64,000 bases of DNA from the human T2T-CHM13v2.0 reference genome, Homo sapiens. The translations under genes were made by a program, and so were the position numbers. The first letter of the stretch is position 1. Each line of letters opens with the position of its first letter. The notes beneath the pieces were generated by a model that searched no databases, had not been told where the DNA came from, and saw only the letters and a list, made by a program, of their open reading frames with translations. Below are positions 41,046 through 53,065 of this stretch, piece after piece. The stretch is from NCBI RefSeq assembly GCF_009914755.1, contig NC_060931.1. The stretch is one strand, 5' to 3'.

Positions 41046-43576
41046 GAGAGGAAAGAAGAGAATTGTCCATTTTATTGCAACGACAGTGTTTTGTTTTATT
41101 TAAAATATTTTCTCTCCCCTTTGAGTCCAGCCCGACACTCAGGAGATGGGGAGAGCCTTCCTCTCATTCTGCCTCAGGAGGAGCTCCAACCTGCTCCCTT
41201 CAATCTCCATCAGCTCTGGCAAGCTCTTGGGCTCTGCTGGCTGTAACACTGCTCCCTGTTTACCAGAGGCTTTTGCTGGCACATTAAATGTATCACTCAG
41301 ACTCTGAACTAGATCGAGCCACAGAAAGCTTTGATTCATGGAGCTGCTGGTCCCCATTACCACAAGATATACATTCTTTCTCTTCGTTAAGGAATTAAGG
41401 TGCCATATTGAAACTTTAGTCTGTAAATACAGGTAAATAAAACATGATTACAGAAATCATTTTCAATAAAAATTCATCTTGAGCTTAAGTTTCTGCCTTA
41501 CTGAATTCATCTTTTGAGAGTGGGTGGTTGTGCCTGCTGCAGATAATTGTGACCCTGAATAGCTGGACCTGTGTTCACTGTGAACCAATGTTTCCTCTGA
41601 GAGCCCCAAAGACCCTGAGTGTGAATCGCCTGAGTGGGTGGGGTCTCTTACCCTGTGAGTCCTCCCACCAGGGCCCCATCCTTCCACCCATCTTCCGTAG
41701 ATCCTGTTTCCCTTGAGGTCTGAGCTGGGGTGCCCAGTGAGGGGTCATCCTTGCTGTGAGATAAAACCAAGGGGTGACTCCCCACCCCCCTGCAGGGCCC
41801 TAGAGGGTGTGCATGGCTTCAACCGTCTGACCAAGGACAGATCTGACTCCCTGCTCAGGGCAGCAGCTGGTGGTTCATTCAGCCCCAGCAGCATCTCAAT
41901 GGGTGTAATGTAAGGGGCACAGAGAACCGAGGATTGGGTCTGATGGGATTAAACCCCCAACTGGTGTCCCTGTGTCTTCTCTTTCCTGACACCAGACACC
42001 AAGAAGAAACAGCCCCAAACACACCCGTCAGTGAATTCTGAAGGGTGAGCTGGGGGCCAGGCGGCCTTTGAAGGCTCCACGTGGGTTTTGGGCTTTTGCT
42101 TTTTGCAGCAGCAAATCCACTGCTCTGGGCTGGGAATTGGTGTTTGCTAAATGCACAGGTGGTCTGGAGTGATGTTTTCCTTCTTCAGCAAAGTAACACA
42201 TGCTCCTTACAGAGAGTTAGACATACAAAGAGGCAGGCATGTTTTTTAAGGATGAGTTAAACATTCAACAGGTTCTCGGGCACTGAGTGAAAGGTCTCCC
42301 CGCAGGTCAGCCCCTCAGCCTCCCAGTTTCTTCTTGGAGAAGCCAGTGCAGGGCCCCGCAGTGGGGGCTGGTGGGTAGGAGGCTGTCTCAAGACACCAGG
42401 AGGTGATTAGAGGGTCTCAGTCCATTTTGATACCTGTGCTCGGGAGTTGCTGGCTTGGACTGGACTTCTGGCAGCACCCAGTGAGAAAGGGACAAAGCAG
42501 GCTGTGACTCTGGCCGTTTTCTCCTCTGTGATTATGATTCCTTTGCTGCACCCCCTCTTTCTGGCCCATCCACAGAGCACAAACCTGTCCTTGCTGGCTG
42601 ACATTTCCCTGCTCCCTGAGGCTGGGTGTGCACCCTGGGGGTGCTCAGAGAGTGTCCCTGGATTGATTTCATGGCCCTCACTTCTCGGAGGAGATGTCAT
42701 TCCCTGCAGAGCTCCATTTACCTGCTCTGAGCACTCCTCGTCCTGCCCAAGGACGTGCTCTCTGGTTTGGCTGGAATCAATGACCCCACCATGCCAACTC
42801 TGGGATTCAGGCAAATCAGAGCTGCTGGGCCTAGGCTGCGTTGTCCAGCTGGCCCTGGTGTTTGTACTGAAACACAGCTATGTGCCCACTGGTTGGTGCA
42901 GAGATACTGTCTCTATCCCTATGGAGACCCCGTGCTGGCACCCCAAGATACAGCAGCACAAGGGGCACAATTGCTGGCCCAGCAGGAACTTGGGGACCCT
43001 ACCCTCGAGCTACGGTCAGTGTCCACGATGACTGGCCAGCTGCCAAGTGAACAAGAACATGGGGGTGGGCAGACATGCCGTGGCCTCTCAGTGCTGGGTG
43101 TGTGAGTGGCCAGAGAGGGCGTCTGAGATGCCCCAGGTGTCTTCACACCCAGACCAGGGTCTGCCAGACCCTGATAGCCCCAAGAGTCCTGACCAGACCC
43201 CCAAAGGCCAACCCCACATGCTGGGAATGACCATCGGTGCCTAGCGGGCCCTGGGCAGCTGGGGAAGGGCCGTCACCTCAAATGTTCCACTACCTGGCTC
43301 CTCCTCTTTCCTCAGGGACGCGAATCTGCCCATTGGGCAGAGGTCCTCACACAAAGGCTGGTCCAGGCAAAACAGGACCACATTGCCAGGCGGCCTGTCC
43401 TTCTCCTCTCCACATTCTGTGCTCTGATTACAGAAATGACGGGCTCATGGCCAGAGATGCCAAGCAACAGAGAAAGAGAATAAAATTGAAAATAAGAATC
43501 ATTCCCCATCCTACACCTACACAGGGCTGTGTTTTAAATAAATAAACTCCTTGATTGTGTCTGTGTGGAGGCCTGA

Positions 43577-43895
<319 letters not shown>

Positions 43896-44116
43896 TGATG
43901 AGTGAATTTTTTGGTGCCCCCTTAAACTTCATGCCTCCCTTGCTGGACCCTGATAATCCACAGATGAACGCCTCCCTCCCCTGCCTCGCCCTAGTCCCCA
44001 TCCTGCTGATAGGTCTCTGGTCTCTGCTCCTTGATGACATCAGGGGAAGTTTCCCTAGGGTTTTGGTCACTTTGATTTATCATAGCAGATTTGTTAATAA
44101 TGAAAGGAATATAGCA

Positions 44117-44431
<315 letters not shown>

Positions 44432-44923
44432 TTAGGTGTTACAAAATCCAGGCCAGACAAATCTAAACTTTTATCTCACACCCATCTCCTAGATTAGTCC
44501 TTTCTTCAGCTCAAGTTCAGCCTAAGCCTCGAGAGTCCTTAGTTGCGGGGGGAAGCACCCGCTCTTTTCCTCACCTTTGTTCTTGTTTTTTCTCTGCTGG
44601 CTCCTGTGGGGTTGGGTGCGTTCAGAGGTAGTGACAGGCTAAAGGTCTTCGGCTTTTTCATTCTGTTGATGGGTAAGTTCCAAATACTAGCTTTCTCTTG
44701 TAGGATATTTCATTTATTTATTTGCTAAAAATATTTATTTAGAACATACCATTCAATTCATGTGCCGGACACTGTTCCGCCACTGGGGATAGGGTGATAA
44801 CTGAGATAAACAAAAATACTTGCCCACATTAAGCTCCTATTCTAGGGAAGACAAAAAAGAAAGAAAATACACGTGTACTTAGCACATTAGAAGTTTCCAG
44901 TTACTGTAAAGAAAAATAAAGCA

Positions 44924-45211
44924 GGCCGGGCGCAGTGGCTCACGCCTGTAATCCCAGCACTTTGGGAGGCCGAAGCAGGCGGATCACGAGGTCAGGAGAT
45001 CGAGACCATCCTGGCTAACATAGTGAAACCCCGTCTCTACTAAAAATACAAAAAAATAGCTGGGCGAGGTGGTGGGCGCCTGTAGTCCCAGCTACTTGGG
45101 AGGCTGAGGCAGGAGAATGGCGTGAACCCCGGGGGGCAGAGCCTGCAGTGAGCCGAGATCGCACCACTGCACTCCAGCCTGGGCGACAGCGAGACTCCGT
45201 CTCAAAAAAAA
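44924..45211 (+). mobile_element. Young AluY, Ye5-type
   Basis: gggcgaggtgg, gaaccccggggggc, gagcctgcag, gacagcgagac; 16-bp TSD 44908-44923 / 45212-45227. Confidence 0.85.
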
Positions 45212-45227
45212 AAAGAAAAAGAAAGCA

Positions 45228-45545
45228 GGGTGGACTCAGTGACTCATGTGTGTAATCCTTGCCCTTTGGGAGGTCGAGGTGGGCAGATTGCTTGAGCTCA
45301 GGAGTTTGAGACCAGCCTGGGCAACATGGCAAAATCCTGTGTCTACAAAAAAAAAAAAAATTTAGCTGGGTGTGATAGCATGTGCCTGTGGTCTCAGCCA
45401 CTGGGGAAGCTGAGGTGGGAGGATTGCTTGAGCCTGGGAGGTGGAGGTTGCAGTAAGCCAAGAACACGCCATTGCACTCTGGCCTGGGTGACAGAGTAAG
45501 ACCCTGTCTTGAGAAAAAAAAAAGAAAAGAAAAAAGAAAAACAAG
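45228..45545 (+). mobile_element. AluJ-like element
   Basis: ggattgcttgagcctgggagg; A-rich tail. Confidence 0.88.
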
Positions 45546-45847
45546 AAAGCAGAGATGGGAGCAAGCGGGGAGGGGCTGGGGATGGGAGCCTCCCTGAGCT
45601 TCCACAGTTCTTCCTGCCACTCTCCTGTCTTACTGGGCACAGGCCACCTGGGGGTTATGGTTGTTTTGCACCAACCTAATATCTTGTTCTTGCCAACAGT
45701 CAGAGGCCAATTGAGGCTTCTCTGTCTTCCACAAGGAACAGCATTGGCCTAAACCTGCAGGCACCATTGCAAAGGGGAGTCAGCTCAGGTAAACCTGCTG
45801 ATGAAGCATGATTCCAGTGTGGGGACACAGAGGCTGACATATCTTGC

Positions 45848-46300
45848 TGTAGGTGATTTAATGTTGGGCCTCAATATTTCACTCCCCCTGTAAGAGTATG
45901 ACACATCCACATCCTTACCAGGGCCTGAGGGAGGATGGAGAGACGTATCCATCCCACAGGTATTGCTCGTGGCTGGAAGACTTGCTTATGCCAATGAGAT
46001 TTTCATAAACGTGGCACAGGCAGAAGCCTGGAATGTGTCTGCGCTGCCAGGCCTGCCCTTTAATGTTCTTGATTTTTCCCACGAGGTGAGTGTGCCCCAG
46101 GGAACATTGGCTCTGGCTGCAGGATGAGAGGCATGTGGAGCACGCAGGGTTCCAACCCTCAGCCTGGAGTCAAGCCCAGACTAGATCAGCCTAAGCCCAG
46201 CCAAGCCACGGGTGCAGGAGTGAAAAGCAAATGCTAACTGTCCATGACATTGACTTTCAAAGGGGAGTGTCATGTTACGTGGCTCATCCCAGCAACAATG
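45848..46300 (+). mobile_element. Old MLT1 (MaLR) LTR
   Basis: gacttgcttatgccaatgag..ggcagaagc..agactagatcagc. Confidence 0.6.
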
Positions 46301-46450
46301 AAGATATTTCTCTATCAGTCAGTTGGTAAATGATTATTTACAATGTGCAAGGAAGGTGGAGTGATTGGAGTAGATTTGGTCCCTATTCTCGTGGAGCTTA
46401 CTTTCTAGAGGGGAAGACAGAGGATGGGTGAATAAATATAAATTATTCTA

Positions 46451-46579
46451 TTAGGTTGGTGCAGCAGTAATTCTGGTTTTTGCCATTAAAGGTAATGGCA
46501 ATCAAAAGCGGGGAGGAGCTGGTGCTGCAATTCATTAAAAGTAATGACAAAAACTGCAATGACTTCTGCACCAACCTAA
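46451..46579. mobile_element. MADE1 (Hsmar1-derived MITE) with 49 extra bp
   Basis: TIRs ttaggttggtgca..tgcaccaacctaa, flanking TA dinucleotides; 129 bp versus 80 bp consensus. Confidence 0.92.
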
Positions 46580-47471
46580 TAGAATAATTACAAGTGTGCA
46601 AAACGTTGCAATGGGAAACTTCCAAGTGCCATGATAGCATCTAGCTTCCTGGAGTCAGGAGATCAGGGTTTTCAATCTAACCAAGATTAAGTCCAAGTGG
46701 TGGGGGCAGGCAGGGGGGCGATATTTCAGTGGAGACTCCAAGGATGAATGGAAATTAGAAAAGTGAACACGCATGGTGAGGGGGGAAGTGTTTCAGGCTA
46801 AGAGAACAGCATGTGCAAAGGCCTAGCGGGGAGGACATTGTGTGTTAGTTGACCTGACCAGCAGGCTGGAGCTGAGCCGGTTGAGAGGAGGATGGGGAGC
46901 CGGGGAATGGCACTCCACACAGAGGGCACAGCAGGGGCAAAGGCCCGGAGTCAGGCCTGAGCCTGTGTGGTTTGAGGAAGTGACAGAGGCCTGTCTGGCA
47001 GGAAAGTAACAGCAGAGGGGAGACCCTAAGGTCAGGGCAGAGGGCAGGGCTGTGCTGGGCACTGTGGGCTGGGGATGGAAACTGGCATTTATGCTCGGAT
47101 GATAGGAATGTGTTAGAAGATTTTAAGGAGGGCAGTAACATTTGGGGATAATGTGTATTCTAGCAATCTCAACCAACTAAATTCATAGTTTGAATGTTCA
47201 TAAGACTTCTGCACAGGCAAAGGGAAAGATCGTTTCTAGAGCTGTGAGATAAGATCATAGTAAAAAAGAATTACTAAGTTTTAAAATTATTTCAAATGGT
47301 GGATTTCCATCTTACAATTGAATATAAGTAGATTGCAAGGTTGATGGAAAGTAGCAAAGCTTCCAGACTTGCGTGAACAGAAAAGAAACATCAATTTGAA
47401 AGAAAACATGTATTTATTTACTTCCTCTACAGTTTTCCTGACTGCTACATTTCATAAGAAGGGATTGTTTA

Positions 47472-50400
47472 TGAGGGTCAAGGAGCTGGAGGCCTGGGGA
47501 GGAGCTGGTGTTTTTGTTCAAGTCTGAGGGTCCTGGAGCTGGAGCCCAGGGGAGGAGCCGGTGCTACCACTGATGTCTTAGGGTCGTGGAGCTGAAGATC
47601 CAAGAGGAGCTGGTGCTGCTATTCTAGCTTGAGTCTCATGGAGCTGGAGACCCAGGGAGAAGATGGTGCTGCTGTTCTAATTTAAGGATCGTGAAACAGA
47701 AGACCCAGAAAGGAGCTGGTGTTGTCGCTGCTCAAATCTGAGGGTGTTGGAGCTGGAGCCTGGGGGTGGAGCTGGTGCTGCCTTTGAAGTCTGAGAGTCA
47801 TTGAGCTGGAGGTCCAGGAAGGAGCTGGTGCTGCTGTTCTAGGGTGAGGGTGGTGGAGCTGCAGACCCAGGGAGGAGAGGTCTTGTTCTAGTTTCAGGGT
47901 TGTGGAGCTGCAGACCCATGGAGGAGCAATGCTGTTGTAGTTCGAGGGTCAGGAAGCTGGCGACTCAGGGAGGAGAGTTCTTGTTCTAGTTCGAGGGTCA
48001 TCGAGCTACAGGCCCAGGCAGGTGCAATGTTGTTGTAATTCAAGGGTCAGGAAGCTGGCGACCCAGGGAGGAGAGGTCTTGTTGTTATTTGAGGGTCATG
48101 GAGCTGCAGACCCAGGCAGGAGCAATGTTGTTGTAATTTGAGGGTCCAGAAGCTGACGACGCAGGGAGGAGAGGTCTTGTTTGAGATTGAGGGTCGTGGA
48201 GCTGCAGACCCAGGCAGGAGCAATGTTGTTTTAGTTTGAGGGTCCGGAAGCTGGCAAACCAGGGAAAAGAGGTCTTGTTCTAGCTAAGGGTCGTCGAGCT
48301 ACAGATCCAGGGAGGAGCAGTGTTGTAGTTCGAGTCCGGAAGCTGGCGACCCAGGGAGGAGAGGTCTTGTTGTTATTTGAGGGTAATGGAGCTGCAGACC
48401 CAGGCAGGAGCATTGTTGTTGTAATTCGAGGGTCCGGAAGCTGGAGACCCAGGGAGGAGAGGTCTTGTTCTAGTTTCAGGGTCGTGGAGCTGCAGACCCA
48501 TGGAGGAGCAATGTTGGTGTAGTTTGAGGGTCAGGAAGCTGCCGACGCAGGGAGGAGAGGTCTTGTTCGAGTTTGAGGGTCGTGGAGCTGCAGACCCAGG
48601 CAGGAGCAATGTTGTTTTAGTTTGAGGGTCTGGAAGCTGGCGAACCAGGGAAAAGAGGTCTTGTTCTAGTTTGAGGGTTGTCGAGCTACAGACCCAGGCA
48701 GGAGCAATGTTGTTGTAGTTCGAGGGTCAGGAAGCTGGAGACCCAGGGAGGAGAGGTCTTGTTCTTATTTGAGGGTCGTGGAGCTGCAGACCCAGGCAGG
48801 AGCAATGTTGTTGTAATTTGAGGGTCCGGAAGCTGGAGACCCAGGGAGGAGAGGTCTTGTTCGAGTTTGAGGATCATGGAGCCGCAGACCCAGGGAGGAA
48901 CAATGTTGTTGTAGTTCGAGGGTCCTGGAGCTGCAGACCCAGGGAGGAGCCATGTTGTTTTGAGTGTCATGGAGCTGGAGATCCATGGAGGAGTTGGTGC
49001 TGCCTTTCAAGTCTGGGAGTCATTGAGCTGGAGATCCAGGGAGGAACAAGTGTTGCTGTTCTAGTCTGAGGGTAGTGAAGCTGGAGACCCAAGGAAGAGC
49101 CGGTGCTGCTGTTCATGCCTGAGTGTTGTGGAACTGAAGAACCAGAGAGGAGGCGGTGCTGCTGTTCTAGTTTAAGGGTAGTGGCGCTGGAGATCCTGGG
49201 GAGAGCCGGTGCCGTCGTTTAAATCTGTGGGTCCTGGAGCTGGAGCCCTAGGCAGGAGCTGGTGTTGTTGTTGTTGAAATCCGAGGTCATGGGGCTTGAG
49301 GTACAGGGAGGATCCGCTGCTGCTGTTCAAGTCTGAGGGTCGTGTAGCTAGAGAGCGGGGAGGAGGTAGTCTTGGTGTCTAGTGTGAGGGTGGTGGAGAT
49401 GTACACCTGGGGAGGAGCTGGTACTGCTGTGTAGTTTGAGGGTCATGGAACTGGAGACCTAGGGAGGAGCCAGTGCTACTGCCATTTAAGTCAGAAGGTT
49501 GTGGATCTGGAGTTTTGGGGAACAGCCCGTGCTGCTGTTTAACTGTGGGGAGGTTCCTGTGTGTCAGCTGAAGTTTGATGGTTTGGGAGCTGGAGACCCA
49601 GGGAGGAGCCAGTGCTGCTGTTCTAGTTTGAGGGTAGTGGAGCTGGAGATCCCGGGAAGAGCTGGTGCTGTCCTTTAAATCTGTGGGTCCTGGAGCTGGA
49701 AAACTGGTGGGGAGCTAGTTCTGCCATTCATGTCTTAGGGTCGTGGAGCTGGAAATCCAGGGAGGCAGTGGTGCTGCTGTTCTAGTTTAAGGATCATGAA
49801 GCTGGAGACCTGGATAGCAGATGGTGCTACCATTATTCAAATCTGAGGGTCATGGAGCCGGAGCCTTGGGGAGTTGCCGGTGCCGCCTCTCAAGTCTGAG
49901 AGTTGTTGAGCTGGAGATGCAGGGAGGAGCCCGTGTTGCTGTTGTAGTTTGAGGGTCATGGAGCTGGAGACTCAGGGAGGAGGGGTGCTGTTCTAATCTG
50001 AGGGGTGTGAATCTGGAGACCCAGGGAGGAGCTGGTGCTGCTGTTGCTTAAGGCTGAGGGTTGTGGAGCTGGAGACCTGGGGGTGGCTGGTGTTGCTGTT
50101 GTTCAAGTCAGAGGGTCATGGGGCTTGAGGTACAGGGAAGAGCTCGTGCTGCGGTTGCAGGTTGAGGGTCATGGAGCTGGAAATCTAGGGAGGAGCCACT
50201 GCTGCTGTTCAAGTCTGAGGGTCGTGTAGCTGGAGAGCGGGGAGGAGGTAGTGTTGGTGTCTAGTGTGAGGGTGGTGGAGCAGTAGACCTGGGGAAGAGC
50301 CTGTGCTGTGTAGTTTGAGGGTCATGGAACTGGAGACCTAGGGAGCAGCCAGTGCTACCACCATTTAAATCAGAGGGTCATGGATCTGGAGCTTTGGGTA

Positions 50401-53065
50401 ACAGCCCATGCTGCTGTTTAACCTTGGAGGGATCCGGTGTGTCAGTTGAAGTTTGAGGGTTTGGGAGCTGGAGACCCAGGGAGGAGCTGATGATGCCATT
50501 CTATTTTGAGGGTCGTGGATCTGGAGACCTTGGGAGAGGCTGGTACTGCTGTTGTAGTTTGACGGTCGTGGAACCGGAGACAGGGGAAGGAGCCGGTGCT
50601 GCTGCTGTTCATGTCTGAGGGTTGTAGAGCTGGAGACCCAGGGAGAAGTCCATACTACGGCTTTTTAAGTCTGAGGGTCATGGAGCCTGAGACCTGGGGA
50701 GGGGCCAGTGCTGCTGTTCAAATGACTCCTTCCTGGGTCTCCAGCTCCATGACCTTCAAACTAGGACAGCAGCAGCAGATCCTTCCGGGGTCTTCCAGCT
50801 CCATGACCTTCACACTAGAACAGCAGCACCGGCTCCACCCTGGGTCTCCAGATCCACGACCCTCAAACTAGAACAGCAGCACTGACTCCTCCCTGGGTCT
50901 CCAGCTCTACAACCCTCAGACTCGAGGAGCTGGAGACCTGGGGAAGAGCCAGGGCTGCTTTTCTACTTTGAGGGTTGTGGAGCTGGAGACCCAGGGTGCA
51001 GCAGCTGCTGCTATTATAGTTTGAGGGCCTTGGAGCCAGAAACTTTGTGAGGAGCCGGTGCTGCGTTTCAAATCTGAGAGTCATTGAGCTGGAGACCCAG
51101 GGAGGAACCGGTGTTGCTGTTCTAGCCTGAGGGTAGTGAAGCTGGAGACCCAAGGAGGAGCCGATGCTGCTGTTCTAGTTTGAGGTTAGTGGAGCTGGAG
51201 GTCACAGGAAGAGCCAGTGCTGCTGTTTAAATCTGTGGGTCCTCGAGCTGGAGCCCTGTGGGGGAGCTGGTGTTGCTGTTGTTCAAGTCTGAGCATAATG
51301 GGGCTTTAGGTACAGGGAGGAGCCGCTGCTGTTCAAGTCTGAGGGTCATGTAGCTGGAGAGTGGGGAGGAGGTAGTCTTGGTGTCTAGTGTGAGGGTGGT
51401 GGAGCTGTAGACCTGGGGAGGAGCCGGTGCTGCTGTGTAGTTTGAGGGTCATGGAACTGCAGACCTAGGAAGGAGCCGGTGCTACCGCCATTTAAGTCAG
51501 AGGGTCATGGATCTGGAGCTTTGGGGAACAGCCCGTGCTGCTGTTTAACTGTGGGGAGGATCTGGTGTGTCAATTGAAGTTTGAGGGTTTGGGAGCTGGA
51601 GACCCAGGGAGGAGCCGGTGATGCCATTCTATTTTGAGGGTCGTGGATCTGGAGACCTGGGGAGAGGCTGGTACTGTTGTTGTAGTTTGAGGGTCGTGGA
51701 AGTGGAGACAGGGCGAGGAGCCGGTGCTGCTGCTGTTCATGTCTGAGGGTTGTAGAGCTGGAGCCCCAGGGAGAAGTCCATACTATGGCTTTTTAAGTCT
51801 GAGGGTCATGGAGCCTGAGACCTGGGGAGGAGCTGGTGCTGGTGTATAGTTTGAGGGTCGTGGAACTGGAGACCTAGGGAGGAGCCGGTGCTACCGCCAC
51901 TTAAGTCAGAGGTTCGTGGATCTGGAGCTTTGGGGAAGAGCCCGTGCTGCTATTTAGCTGTGGGGAGGATCTGGTGTGTCAATTGAAGTTTGAGGGTTTG
52001 GGAGCTGGAGATCCAGGAGGGAGCCTATGATGCCATTCTATTTTGAGGGTCATGTATGTGGAGACCTGGGGAGAGGCCGGTACTGCTGTTGTAGTTTGAG
52101 GGTTGTGGAAGTGGAGACAAAGGTAGGAGGCGGTGCTGCTGCTGTTCATTTCTGAGGATTGTAGAGCTGGAGGTCCACGGAGGAACCAGTGTTGCTGTTC
52201 TAGTCTGAGGGTAGTGAAGCTGGAGACCCAAGGAGGAGCTGGTACTATTGTTCATGTGTGAGGTTTGTGGAGCTGGAGAACCAGAGAGGAGCCAGTGCTG
52301 CTGATCTAGTTTGAGGGCCGTGGAGCTGGAGATCCCGGGAAGAGCCAGTGCTGCCGTTCAAATCTGTGGGTCTTGGAGTTGGAGTGCTGGGGTGACCCGG
52401 TTCTTTCATTCATGTCTTAGAGTCATGGAGCTGGAAACCCAGGGAGGCGGCGGTGCTGCTGTTCTAGTTTAAGGATAGTGAAGCTGGAGACCTGGACAGG
52501 AGCTGGTGCTACCACTGTTCAAATCTGAGGGTCATGGAGCTGGAGCCTTGGGGAGGTGCCGGTGCTGCCTCTCAAGTCTGTGAGTTGTTGAGCTGGAGAT
52601 TCAGGGAGGAGCCAGTGTTGCTGTTGTTGTTGGAGGATTGTGGAGCTGGAGGCTGAAGAGGAGCTGGTGTTGCAGTTCAAGTTTGATGGTCGTGGAGCTG
52701 GAGACCTGGGGAGGAGCTGGTGCTACCACCGTGTAAGTTGAGGGTTGTGGAGCTGGTGGCCCCAGGGAAGAGCCAGTGCTATAGTTGAAGTTTGAGGGAG
52801 CTGGAGACCCAGGGAGTAGCTGGTGCTGCTGTTCTAGTTTGAGGTTTGTGGAGCTGGAGCCTTGGTTGGGAGCCAGTGCCACCTCCCAAGTCTGAGAGTC
52901 ATTGAGCTGGAGATCCACGGGGGAGCTGGTGCTGCTGTTGTAGTTTGAGGATCATGGAGCTGGAGACCCAGGTGGAGCTGGTGCTGCAGTTGGAGTTTGA
53001 GGGTCAGGGAGCTGGAGATCTGGGGAGGAGCCAGTGCTGCTGTTTAAGTCTGAGGGTCGGGGAGC
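47472..53065. repeat. 5.6 kb GC-rich tandem repeat, monomer ~49-56 bp, roughly 105-110 copies
   Basis: Consensus gagggtcatggagctggagacccagggaggagctggtgctgctgttctagttt. Confidence 0.96.
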
